Assembly (NCBI GenBank): GCA_038087875.1
Contig: CM075978.1
Coordinates: forward strand, 162,254,001-162,318,000
Source: Malacoraja senta
Taxonomy: Eukaryota
Length of the DNA: 64,000 nt
Reading direction: 5' to 3'
Shown: positions 13,020 through 25,670 of the stretch, one piece after another
How the letters are laid out: every line of letters starts with the position of its first letter
Position numbering within the stretch: the stretch's first letter is position 1
The notes under the pieces: generated by a model
What the model saw: only the letters and a program-made list of their open reading frames with translations
What the model was told of the DNA's origin: nothing
Databases searched by the model: none
Translations under genes and position numbers: made by a program

Positions 13020-13932
13020 TGAGTCAATGAGACATGTGGCATGGAAACAAGCCCTTCAGCTAACATGTCTTTGCTGACCAGGTTATATAGATGAGCAGGT
13101 CCTATTTGCCTGCATTTGTCCCATATCCCTCAAAACGTTTCTTATCCATGCAGCAGTTTGAATGTGTTTTAAACAATGCCTGTGCACCCACCTCTACAGC
13201 TTCCTCAGGCAGCTTATTCCATACACACAGACCACCTTCTGTGTCAAATAAATTGCTTCTCAGGTCCCTTTTAAATATTCTCTCTCACCTTAAACGCATG
13301 ACCTCTCGTTCTGGATCCTTCTACCCTGTGAAAAGGACGGTGACCATTCATCTTATCTATGCCTCCCATGAGCTTTTATTCCTCTGTAAAGTTCCTCCTT
13401 AAACTACTGTGCTCTAGTCAAGTCCTGGTAACATCCTGATGATTTTTTTCCGCACTCTTCCCAGTTTAATGATGCAATTCCTAAAGCAGAGCATCAGAAC
13501 TGCACACAATAGCCGTAACCTTTTGTTTTGCTGTAGTATAACATCACAACCTCTGTACTTAATATCCCAACCGATTAACACAGGCGTATTATACGCTCTC
13601 TTCCCCATCCTGACCACCTCTGTCACCACTTTCAGGGAACTGTGTACCTGCACCCCTGGGTGTCTCTGCTCTACACATTCTCCAAGGCTCTAATATTCAC
13701 TGTGCAAGTCCTGCCCTAGTTTGACTTTCCAAAATGTACCACCGCCCACTTGTCAGAATTAAAACTTCATCTTCCATTGTTTGGTCCACTTCCCTAGTTG
13801 ACCCAGATCCTACTGTGTACTGGGGTACATTGTAGTCCAATTCTAATCTTAGCTGCAAGTACACCAACTACCTTAACTGCATTGTCATCCAAATCGTTAA
13901 TACGGATGACAAACAACAGTGGACCCAGCAGG
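13020..13932 (-). mobile_element. CR1 LINE fragment (RT region to 3' end), decayed
   Basis: Minus-strand LGPLLFVIRINDLD (CR1 RT), VQVHSSLKV, KLGRV..IRMLPGL. Confidence 0.85.
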
Positions 13933-14214
13933 TATTTTTTTGAAATCCTCTTCCACCATGGCAGTGCCCTTGGCTTTGGGGTTGATAGTAAACAAAGCCA
14001 TGTGGTACCATAGAAAAAGTTATCAAGTGAAGAGACGCCCAACTGTGCTCGCGCATTTGATGAGAGAGCGCCTCCAGTCAATTCTCTTATGGTAGTTCAA
14101 CATGGCCTCATATCTACAACTCTTTCCACTTAATTGAAGGGAAAACTGGACTTCTGCTGAATGGTTTCTATTTTAACATCAAAGAATTATAATTGGAAAC
14201 AACGTCTTCTGCTC

Positions 14215-14960
14215 AGCTTGCCAATGCCAACCAAGTTGCTTACATGAGCTAGTCCCATTTATAGGCATTTGGCCCAAATCCCTCTAAACCTTTTCTATCC
14301 ATGCTCCTGCCCAAATGTCATTTAAACATTGTAATTGGACCCACTTCTACCACTTCCTCTGGCAGCTCGTTCCACGCACCCACACCTCGCTCCACGCACA
14401 CACCTCGCTCCACGCACCCACACCTCGCTCCACGCACCCACACCTCTCAGTGAAGAAGTTGCCCTTTGGTCCCCTTTACATCTTCCCCCTCTCATGTTAA
14501 ATCTGCACCCTCTAGTTTTAGACCCTCTTACTCTGGGATAAATACAGTGACCGGTCTTCTTATCTATGCCCCTCATGATTGTAAATACCTGTGGTGAAGG
14601 GTGGTGAAGATGGTATATTCAGCCTCCAACTTTCTAGGAAAAATAATTCTCAACTTATCCAGTCTCTCCTCATAACCCAAACCCTGTTGACCCCATAACA
14701 GCCTTATGAGTCTCATCTGGACCCTTTCAAGCTTATTCGTTTCGCTGGCTACGTGTCCAGAACAGTATTCCAGGTGTGGTCTCACCACTTTACAGTTGAA
14801 AATGATGTCCAAGCTCTGGTACTCAATTCCCTGACTGATAAAGGTGAGCACTCCAACCATCCTCACCACCCTGTCAACCACTTTCTGGACCTAGATACTT
14901 GTACCCCTTGGTCCTCCGGTTCTCCAATATTCCCCAGGGCTCTGACGTGTACTGTGTATG
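14215..14960 (-). mobile_element. CR1 LINE fragment
   Basis: Minus ORFs contain VRPHLEYC, KLERVQMR, MRGIDK, SKTRG. Confidence 0.85.
14366..14446. repeat. 20-bp minisatellite, about 4 copies, inside CR1
   Basis: Unit CTCGCTCCACGCACCCACAC; one unit has a 2-bp deletion. Confidence 0.9.
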
Positions 14961-17900
14961 TGGGATCAATACATAACTCCACCACGATGTCCAACCGATT
15001 ACACAAACCCTTAAATCCACAAAACAATTCTGCTGAAACTGTAATATTTACGATTGTAACCACACTTTAAATCAGAAAAATGTCACCACACATGGTCTTA
15101 CAGTTTAATTTGAAATAAGTGTTCAATTGCTTAATTACTGTATTTCTTCTCAATTCAGTCAGACTGATTGAATTTATTTTTAAAATATTTTTTTTAATCT
15201 GCTCTGATTTTACTAAGTGGCCATTCGGAATGCATCACAAAGGGCATTGTACACTGGCAGAACCTACAAAGGAAATTCTTTCCACTCAGGGAACAGAAAA
15301 GTGATCAGAATCCTCAGGATATAACTGCGTTAATAATCACCACTGAACGAAATGAATTCAGGCTGCTCTACAGTGCAGTAATGGGAATGTCTTTGGGGCT
15401 GACGCTATCATTTCTCACCATAAGAGGAATGGGGAGAGAATTGCGTGCAATATGTTCACGTTAACAATGCATGCAGTGACTGCGTCGCTAGTAAATAAAC
15501 CGATGGGTTACACAGACAGGATTTACAATTTTCTGATGAAACTGCAGAAATGTCAGCACAGCCAGTAGAAAGCCAATCAGCGTATTGCTGGGGTGACCTT
15601 TGCACTTTGCGACTTTACTATGACTGTTATCATCCGCCAGAAAATAAAAGCCACCAGACGGTTATTTTACCAGCCATTTTTTAAATAAAATGAATGAAAC
15701 ATACAATAAAAGAGAGAAAATGATAAAACTCAAAATTGCAGATGTTAGGGTCTGAGAAAACAAGATTTTTTTGTGACATGTTCGTGTTCTTTCTTTAAAA
15801 ACTGTATGCTTTTATTCAAATAAATAGATTTTTAAAGGAATGGAACAATAAGTTTTCAATGTTTGGTTGACCAAATATCATTGAATTAATTTTATTGAAA
15901 ACAATAATATAAAGAGGAGTGTATCACAATCACTCCAGCTCATGGATGGGATTGCTATAGTGGGCTGAAATCGGCTCACAATTTCAAAGCATCCACGCTT
16001 CCTTCGAAAAAGGTAAAAATGGTAAATTAGTCATTCTTATTTTTTCCGACAGAAAACTCAATTTGGAAATGTTAAGAATCCCGTGTCCCCAATGGTCTTC
16101 TTCTCAAACATTATTTTGTTAAGAGCTGATGAATTACTTGAGATTTTTCATTAATTAATTCATTAATTTCCCTATACAATAGTGCACCATCTGATATTTA
16201 TCGTGAAAACATTATTCAGACTCCATGTCGTACAGTAACAATAGGTAGATGTATCCTAAAATCCTGAATAAAAATGCAATTCATTTTTAACAGATTTCTG
16301 TGAGAAAACGGTCAGCATGTTCAAGAATGAGACTCCTCCAAACGAATTCTTCCACTTTGTGTATTGATTAGTTTTTTCTAAAGGTGGACCTAGATCAGTT
16401 TAATGCTCACTTTATCTCAAGTGATTTAAGTATTTTTCTTAATCAAACCAGTTGAGTGATAAGGTTAACAGCTAAAAAGAATGACAAAAGGTATTTATGG
16501 GTTCCTGTCTGTTGTGAAAAACAAGAGAGATTAAACAATTTGTAAAGAATAGTGACATTTATTTCAAACATTACATTGATTGGTGTCTGTAGTGTGCATG
16601 TATGAAGGTTAATGTGCACATGTACATGTATAGGTGTTTGCCTACAATGGTAAAACATGTGATTGCATTATTACTAAAGGACTTACTTGACTGTATACTA
16701 AATTATTCAAAGTCTAATTGCGTTTTTTAAAATTTAATTCTCGAGTGACCTTTGGTGCTGGTAGGAGCAGGATTTTCATTTTCTTCAAATGGCTAAAAAT
16801 AAAAATAAAAATTACCTGTCACAGACCATATATTTAATTACTAAATGATAGAACAGAGCAGCACTGGTAATCACTTTAAAATAAAATTTATACTAGATAT
16901 GTTCGGTTCTTTCCTTTTTCTCTGCACACAATGCTACCATGCCACTTTGCCTGGGATTAACAAGGCTCGGGTAAATTGTGTGCCTTGTGTCAAAGCGACC
17001 AATCGAGACAGCTGGACACAGGGAGCACAGCACAAATGTAATATTAATAAGGATGATACAGTGGGTCATCCCCGTCAGCCTGCAGGTTGTTCGGCATTTA
17101 TTTACCTAATGTGAGTGAATTCTGAAGAGCAGCAATTTTAACGATTGTCCGAACTGAAGTGCTTTGGCGGTGGGATGCGGTGGGGAGGAGTGGGGAAGTG
17201 GCGATAAGGTGGGGTGGGGGAAGAACTACAGAAGGGAGCAAGGAGGCGACAAAATGAAGGATAAATAAAATGAGGACACTGGGGTCAAAGTGATTCCGAA
17301 GCTAGCAGACGGCCTCTCTCCCCTGATGCCTGTGGACAACAAAAAAAAAAGGAAATGACTTTGCAAGGGTTTTTTAATGACTTTCCTGTGCACAGAGATG
17401 ACAAGGACTCTAAGGAAGGCCAGATGACAAAAGGAAAGAAATGAAGTGTGGAGTGTTAGGAGGCAAACAAGGCAAACGAGAAAAATAGAAAACCCTACTA
17501 GCTTTGCACCTCATCACTGTCTCAGCACTTGGGCGCTGCTATTGATTTTTTCCAGATCTGTAATATAGCAGTCATGTAAAACACAAATTGTAAATGTCAT
17601 ACTTTATTTGTTCAAAGGTTCAAAATTGTTTTTAAAATTAATAATAATCCCAACTAATGTTAAATAAGTCAATAGATAACGACCTGATTCTGATACTACC
17701 AAGCTCGGACACCCGCTGAAGGACAAGGCTGACTGTATGAACTGGTCAACAAAAGCAAATTAAAAATTAAAACCTAAGCCTGTAAAGTGTACCTAAAGTG
17801 TACAAATATCCATTGTTTCCTGAAGTAGTTGTTTATTTTAACATATGCATAAGGAGGACATAATTCTGGAGAATGACAACTTTGCTTTTTTTTCTAGCCA

Positions 17901-19261
17901 AATCCATCTCATAACAATCTTGCTTTCATGCATAGATAGGTCTTATTGCAAGCTGGTTTTGACCCAAGCTGAATAAACAATAGGTTAAAGGGCAAGTTGC
18001 TCTATTGTAAGTTTCTATTTTATAAGCAGTATGCTGCCAAAAATCACTAAGGGTTTTGAATTATCCATCAAGGCTCTATTAGATCATTTGAAATAGTACA
18101 AATCCTACAGGATCCGGCAGGATTATATTTTGAACCATAGAGAAAATTCAATCCCGTAAGAGATTTATAATAGGCTGGTGTAGAAATTCTTGTAACAACC
18201 CAAACAGATGCCATGCACCATCATTTGACCTTTTTTTCATGCCCACCGTCAGGTTATGAAGTTGCTCCAATGTTAATTTGAACAGTTCTTTTACAAGACT
18301 AGCAGAATATCTGGTGGAGGTTCTGCTTTCATTTACACTGATCTCATTTTAAGTAACTGTGTGACTCTTAAACTCTGAGGAAAACAATACAAACTATAAT
18401 TCACTGCGTCATGCAAACATCAAATGCAGATTGTGCTGAATGCTCAGTCACAGCTAGGAAACAAAGGCCATGCAATTTTTTTTCTCTCTGAAACAAGGAA
18501 GTGAATGCAGGCACAAACAAAGTATGCCATTTAGTCCCAATCTATATAGTTATGAACATAAATATCTCTGTTAATCTTGCAGGCCTTGGTGAAACTGTAC
18601 ATTTGTGGTGACGCATTGAAAAACATTGTTGATATAACTATCTGAACACAGATTACAGCCTGCGTTTTAAAGGAAACCAGCAGCGATATGTGTCCACAAG
18701 ACAGCCCCTGGAAGCCTGTGCATTATCCAACTTGCAAGTCTTTTAACCATGCATTTGCAATATATATCCATGAATAATGGTCTTCCGTGGCTGGGAATCA
18801 TGAGACCCATAAATCACATAGCTACACATGACTAAAAGCCCGTTATTTTTCAGTCTAAGTGGCTGCAGCAAGAAAATTAGCGCAAATCCAGAAAATGTTT
18901 TGAAAGTGGGGCAGAACAGTGATAAATAACCTCTCATGGTATCGGGAAGAGCTGAGATGGGCAAGAGTACACAAAAATTATAATGCAGCATGAATCGTAG
19001 CAAAACATTGTCCTTTCCTGGGACTTTCTGATTTCGAAAAAAAAACAGACCAAACACCATTCTAAGGACACAAAGTTTCCAGCAGCAAGTGTTTGTCTAA
19101 TTTTATAGCATAAAGCCACAACATGCCTTTTGCTCATGAACATGCACTTATTTCCTGTTTGAGTGTTAAATTGGATTGTAAATTATTTTTTCTCAGATAT
19201 TGAAATTTGGATGTTTTGGCAAGATTACAATTTATGGCACTGCCGTAATTATGTTGATGAA

Positions 19262-19890
19262 GAAACATAGAAACATAGAAAATAGGTGCAGGAGTAGGCC
19301 ATTTGGCCCTTCAAGCCAGCACCACCATTCAATATGATCATGGCTGTTCATCCAAAATCACTACCCTGTTCCTGCTTTTTCTCCATATCTCTTGATTCCG
19401 TTAGCCCTGAGAGTTAAATCAAAGTCTCTCTTGAAAACATGCAGTGAATTGGCCTCCACTGCCTTCTGTGGCAGATAATTCCACAGATTCACAGTGGAAA
19501 AGTGTTTCCTCATCTTAGTCCTAAATGGCCTACCCCTTATTCTTAAACTGTGATCCTTGGTTCTGGACTCCCCCAACATCTGGAACATTTTTCCTGCATC
19601 TAGCCTGTCCAAACCCTTAAGAATTGTATATGTTTCTATAACATCCTCTCTCATCCTTCTACATTCCAGTGAATACAAGCCCAGTCGACCCATTCTTGAA
19701 TGAATACGTTTATTAGCCAACTATGTACACATACAAGGAATTCGCCTTGGTGCTCCGCTCGCAAGTAACAACACATCATATGTGTTCTTTCATCATATGT
19801 CAGTCCCGCTGTCTTGGGAATTAACCTGGTGAACCTACGCTGCACTCCCTCAATAGCAAGAATATGCTACACTCCCTCAATCGCAAGAAT
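19262..19890 (-). mobile_element. CR1 LINE 3' fragment with nested 87-bp insertion (19698-19784)
   Basis: ORF 19361-19720 RLGLYSLE.RRMR.D.IETY.ILKGLD...GHSLRIRGRPF; (CTATGTTT)n tail; insert flanked by TTCTT direct repeats. Confidence 0.9.
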
Positions 19891-19964
19891 GGTGGTAGGC
19901 AGTCTTTCAAACTGATGCAGTGTCTATGGTGAAGATGCTTAGGCCAGAGCACTCTCACTAGTGG

Positions 19965-20410
19965 TGTGTCCGATGACTAGTGGTGTGCCTCAGTAGTTGG
20001 TGCTGGGTCCATTGCTGTTTGTGGTTTATATCAAAGATTTGGATGAGAATGTAGAAGATATGATTAGTAAGTTTGCAGAAGACACTAAAGTAGAAAGTGA
20101 AAGTAGACAAAAAATGCTGGAGAAACTCAGCGGGTGAGGCAGCATCTATGGAGAAAAGGAGTAGGCGACATTTCGGGTCGAGACCCTTCTTCAGATAGTT
20201 GCAGCAAAATCCTGATCAGCTGGGCAAGTGCGCTGAGGAATGGCTAATGGAGTTTTAATGCAGATAAGTGCGAGGTGTTGTATTTTGGGAAGTCAAACCT
20301 GGGCAGGACCTTCACAGTGAATGGCAGGGCCCTGGGAAGTGTTGTGAAGCAGAGCGATCTAGAAGTGCAGGTACATTGTTCCATCACAGGTAGACAGGGT
20401 GGTCACAATA
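19965..20410 (+). mobile_element. CR1 RT fragment interrupted by a Penelope-like end (about 20100-20196, minus)
   Basis: GVPQ..VLGPLLFVVYIKDLDE..ISKFAEDTK (decayed FADD motif), then KCEVLYFGKSN. Confidence 0.85.
20162..20196 (-). ncRNA. Minimal type I hammerhead ribozyme motif
   Basis: Reverse complement reads CTGAAGA-A-GGGTC tc GACCC-GAAA-T-GTC; catalytic core and GUC triplet intact. Confidence 0.65.
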
Positions 20411-20759
20411 GCATTCGTGATAGCATTCCCAAACAGCTGCTGACTTTGTCCTATGTTGATGGAACACAGTTCTTAAATCTTAAAAACAGGAAGTTGCTGT
20501 TGCTGGAAAGAGTCAAGCAGCATATGTGGAGAGGGAAACAAAGCATATGGTTTGGGTTGGTGATAGTGTGCCTGACTTACTGTACAGCCATGTTGCACAG
20601 GTGTTGGGAACACTGAAATTTATGATTGTGCAAAGGGTATCAAACAAATAGGAAGGAACTGCAGATGCTGGTTTAAACTGAAGTTGTCTTGTAGGGTGTT
20701 GATCTCTGTGCTTGGAGATGCACTTATGCAAGCCTTGAGGGGAAGGATTCAAAGTTATC

Positions 20760-20918
20760 AAACCTTTTTTTGTGTTTGAGTTTACTATTTATCCTGTCTA
20801 TATCGGGGGCCATTTTGGTCCAATGTGCCAAAATATGGTGACTGTGCATTTGTGGATTGTGCAAAAGAATTTCACTGTGCTGTGCATACATGACAATAAA
20901 GAGCCATTGAACCATTGA
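20760..20918 (+). mobile_element. Rex/Babar-type 3' UTR remnant
   Basis: gaatttcactgtgc...atgacaataaag plus (CCATTGAA)2 tail. Confidence 0.5.
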
Positions 20919-21412
20919 AGAGGAGATTACTGCCTCACATTCCTGATCCAGGCTTTTATTAGATGATGGGAAATCTCCAGGAGGGCAGATACACTTTCTC
21001 TTGTTGGAGACAGTTATTGCTAAGCACATGTGTACTATGAAGGCTACAAGGCACTTTGCAAACTCAGCCTGAATGTTGTCAAATTGTTGTAGTAGCGGAA
21101 GACAAACTACCCATTACCATGATTGTATTCTAAGTAAATAAACGAAAACCAATGTAAAACTAAAACCAGGACCCAAATTAAATCTTAATGCTTTGTTAAT
21201 TGTGAAAAAAGAGATTGCCAATTTCTCGAGGTTTAACATGACCTTGGAATATAATTACTGACTGATGAGCTTTTGTTTCCATAGATTTTTTAAGGATAGG
21301 AATATTAAAAAGACTGTTATTCTTTCTGAAGCCAATGGATATCTGGTAAAAAGCTTTGATCACCATTAAAAAATAATTATTTTTCAGGAATGATTTATCA
21401 GGCAAACAGTTT

Positions 21413-21960
21413 AGTCATAGTCATAGAGTCATAGAGTGATATAGCATGGTAACAGGCCCTTCGGCCCAACTAGCCCTCACCGGCCAACATGTCCCAGCTA
21501 CACTAGTCCCACCTGCCAGTGTTTGGCCCATATCCCTCCAAACCAGACCTGTCCATGTACCTGTTTAACTGTTTCTAAAACGTGTGGATAGTCCCTGCCT
21601 CAACTACCTCATCTGGCAGCATGTTCCATACACCCACCACTCTTTGTGTGAAAAAGTGACCCCTCTGATTCCTAATAAATCTTTCCCCCTTCACCTTAAA
21701 CCTATGTCCTCTGGTCCTCAATTCACCTACTCTGGGCAAGAGTCTCTGTGCATCTACGTGATCTATTCCTCTCAGTATTTTATACACCTCTATAAGATCA
21801 ACCCTCATCCTCCTCCGTTCCAAGGAATAAAGTCCCAGCCTACCCAACTTCTCCATATAGCTCAGACCCTCTAGTCCTGGCAACGTCCTCGCAAATCTTC
21901 TCTGTACGCTTTCCAGCTTGACAACATCTTTCCTATAACATGGAGCCCAGAACTGAACAC
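21413..21960 (-). mobile_element. CR1 LINE 3' fragment, relatively young
   Basis: ORF 21575-21883 MPGLEGLSY.EKLGRLGLYSLERRRMR.DLIEVYKI...FFTQRVVGVWN; (CTATGACT)n tail. Confidence 0.95.
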
Positions 21961-22269
21961 AGTGAACACAATTATGTGAAACAAACCAGGCTGTAATATA
22001 ACAACAATGGAATAATGGAATGCATCATTTGCCCCTGCCAACTATCGTCCCACAACCTGTTTCACCTTATGCAAGTTAGCATTCATTGCTTCCTCAACTA
22101 GACCATTCCCTATACTTATAAACATAGGGACAGAACCAGCTCAGTCAACGTATTCTGAATTAAATCAATGCATAACTAAATTTAACTTATTTTATCAGAC
22201 ATTAAGCTTTTATTCTTGATAATGTTAATTGGGTCAATATACAAGGGCATTTGGGGAATGAGTTTCTAG

Positions 22270-22420
22270 ATTTAGAGATATAGTCATAATGCCATACAGC
22301 ATGGAAACAGGGCCTTCAGCCCAATTCGTTTATGCCAACAAAGATGCCCCATCTAAGCCTTTGGCCCATGCTCCTCTAAACCTTTCCTATCTGTTCAAAT
22401 GCCTTTTAAATGTTGTAATT
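22270..22420 (-). mobile_element. CR1 3' tail fragment
   Basis: catacagcatggaaacagggccttcagccc...ttggcccat..ctctaaacctttcctatc. Confidence 0.75.
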
Positions 22421-23479
22421 GTTATTTTTAGTGCATGTTGTTTTGATATTACCCCAGTTTGTCAAAGGACATCTTTTCTGGATATGCCTACTCTGGAAAA
22501 TTGTTTGATTTAATCTATCCTATTAAAACCCATTATCTCTCTAAAGATTAGACACCCACCTGCGCTTCTAAATACTAGAGAATACAAATCAGATTAATGG
22601 AGTCTGTCTTCATAATGTAACACCTTACATCTTGATAGCACCCTGTCATATTACTGGACTTAAATCTGGAAGTCTCAGTACATATGACAAACACTCTTGA
22701 CTTGACTCTTGACAACAAGAATATGGGTCTTCATTATAAAAACTGCAGTAGCTGATGCGGGCAGATTGCCAACATTTTATGCAGGCTAGTTCGGGACAGG
22801 CAATAATGTCAATACATTTTATTTTTAGTTTAGTTTTCTCATTTCCCTCTTTAACTTGTTGCTCCCATCTACATGACTTAAGATCCATCCTAGACTAGTA
22901 AAATATGGAAATTAGAATTATATTTCTTTATCTATCATATAAATAGACAGGGAAGAGATGGGGGCCACAATACCAACATCTATGGACACCACCGGCCACT
23001 TTACAATATTCGTGCATCAATATCCTATTGGCCCAACCCTCATTCATCTGTTTAAATAAAAATGCAGTCATATCTGTTGCCTAGGCTGCTCTCCTGATCT
23101 CTAGTTTATCAGGAAGATCAAGGATATCTTGTCCACCACTGTGCCTTTTTGCCATCTTGATGTTACCTCCTGTCAAGACAGCTCAACTGTCATCAGAGGC
23201 AGCTGTATTAGTTTAACCTCTTGCCACTCTTATGGTAATCATGCCTTGACCATAATTCCGATAACTTGGAACTGCCTTACCTGGGCCTCCATCCTCTATT
23301 GACCATAAATCATAAGATCTCACACTGCACTACGAGGTTTCAAATTCATATTTATTGTGGCAATGGTAGCAATCAACAATGGTAATAGCGATGATATTTA
23401 AAGCAGCCATAGGTTAAATTAAACTTTTCCAAACATATCATGGTAGATTGAAAGCCTTAAGTAAAGCATGGTTGGCATT

Positions 23480-24105
23480 ATTTACAAGTTCACAAGTTCT
23501 AGGAGTAGCATTAGGCCATTCGGCCCATCGCGTCTACTCCGCCATTCAATCATGGCTGATCTCTGCTTCCTAAACCCATTTTCCTGCCTTCTCTCCATAA
23601 TTCTTAACGCTCATTTTAATCACAGATTTGTCTGACTCCACCTTAAAAATATCCACTGACTTGGCCTCCACAGCCTTGAGGCAGTGAGTTCCACAGATTA
23701 ACTACCCTCTGACTAAAGAAGTTCTTCCTCATCTCCTTTCTAAAAGAGCGCCTTTTAATTCTGAGGCTGTGACCTCTGGTCCTAGACTCTCCCACCAGTG
23801 GAAACATCCTTTCCACATTCCACATCTATGCCTTTCATTATTCTGTAAGTTTCAATGAGGTCCCCCTCAACCTAAACTCCAGTGAGTAGAGGCCCAGTGC
23901 TGTCAAGCACTCATCATTTGCTAAGCCACTAATTCCTGGAATCATTCTTGTAAACCTCCTCTGGTCACTCTCCAGAACCAGCACATCCTTCCTCAGATAT
24001 GGGGCCCAAATCTGCTCACAGTACTCCAAATGCGGCCTGACCAGTGCCTTGTAGAGCCTCAGCATGACATCTCTGCCTTTGTATTCCAGTCCTCTTGATA
24101 TAAAT
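23480..24105 (-). mobile_element. CR1 LINE 3' fragment
   Basis: ORFs give ISRGLEYKGRDVMLRLYKALVRPHLEYCEQIWAPYLRKD and FFSQRVVNLWNSLP. Confidence 0.95.
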
Positions 24106-24909
24106 TTAGGGTTCAGTGGGTAACTTGCAGGATGCTGGTTGGAGAACTGTATGAAACTCCCTTCTAGTACATCTCGTGGTGAAATACACATTCTCGGGAA
24201 TGCCATTCATATCAACTTTGACGAACAAGAATGCATTTGTTTCAGATCACCCTGAATTTATCACATCTTATCAATGGGATTTCCCAGATTAACTGAAGCT
24301 TTGGGGTCGTGTCATTAGTGATATGGAGAAGTTAAAATTAAAGCCTTTGGTGGTTGTGGGTAAGATTTCAACATGGATATCAATAACTGCCCGAGGGCTG
24401 TAGGACTACACCAGCACAATGTGCATTTGTGTGCATATAATCTGATTCAATCACTTCTAACTGCTTTCCTGATTTATTTTACTCATTTTAGCCTTGGTAG
24501 CATTCTGTAGTGTGACCACTTGGCTTAGATTTCTTCATAAAAACATAAGTATGTATGTTAGTGTATGAGATGTGAAGGGAACAGATTCCTAAGAGTTTTA
24601 CAAGGCTCTAAAACATCAAAGCTTTCAGAAGACACTATAAACTTGTACTAACTCTTAATTTATGAACTAGGCCAAAACTTCTTGAAGCCTTAATGTAGAC
24701 TGCTGTGTGTTTTATATCCACTGACAATTTCCGTGAGGCTTCAGATGAACTAAAACTTTCTTCTGCATGTTTTTGGGCTTTCTGACCCAAACTTACTCGG
24801 GATGATGTTACAGTAGATTCCTTACACATTAGGAATCTACTGTAACAATTATGGTCCAAAATGTTGTTAAAGACACGCTTAGAGAAACCATTATGAAGAA
24901 TTTATTTTA

Positions 24910-25670
24910 AAAAGACACAAAGTGTTGGAGTAACTCAACAGGTCAAGCAGCATCTCTGAAGGACATGGATAGGCGATGTTTTGGGTCTTCAGACTGATTG
25001 TAGTAGGGGTGACAATGCTCGGTCATGGACTCATAGAGTTATACAGCGTGGAAGCAGGCCCTTCGGCCCAACTTGCCCACGCTGACCGACCTGCCCCACC
25101 TACACTAATCCCACCTGTCTGATTTTGGCCTATATCCCTCTAAACCTTTCCTATCCATGTACCTGTCTAAACATTTCTTAAATTTTGCATTTAACAGTAC
25201 CTGCCTCAACTACCTCCTCTGGCAGCTCGTTCCATACACCCAGCATGCTCTGTACAAAAAAGTTACCCCTCAGATTCCCTTTAAATCTTTCCTCCCTCAC
25301 CTTAAACCTGTTCTCTAGTTCTTAATTCCCCTACACTGGGCAAAAAACTGTGCGTTTACCTGATCTAAGAGATGGTGGCTTGATAAAGCCAGGCAAGTGA
25401 TAGGTGGATACAGGTGAGAGAGGATTGATCAGCAAATGGGTGGACAAAGGGTCAGAGATGATAAGACGAACAGCTGTGGGATGATGAGGGAAGAAGAGTA
25501 AATTTGGAGTCAGAGGAAGGGATATAGGTGGAAGGAAGGGAAAAAGAGACAGAATAGTGAGAGAAGAGGGTGCACATTCAGGTTGGGTGCAGGAAAGAAA
25601 TGAGGGAACAAGAGGAGCGAGGGAGGGGGAGGTGTTCTTGGTTAGTTACTGAACATTGGAGAATTCATAG
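24910..25670 (-). mobile_element. Penelope-like 3' region split by a nested CR1 fragment (about 25022-25367, minus)
   Basis: gacacaaagtgttggagtaactc...cttcagactg end, then the CR1 tail, then a purine-rich tract complementary to the 8300-8600 type region. Confidence 0.75.

Noticed and set aside
13794-14081. Chimeric ORF joining unique sequence to CR1 RT
   Set aside because: Chance read-through into a truncated, decayed RT; no ATG start or expression evidence
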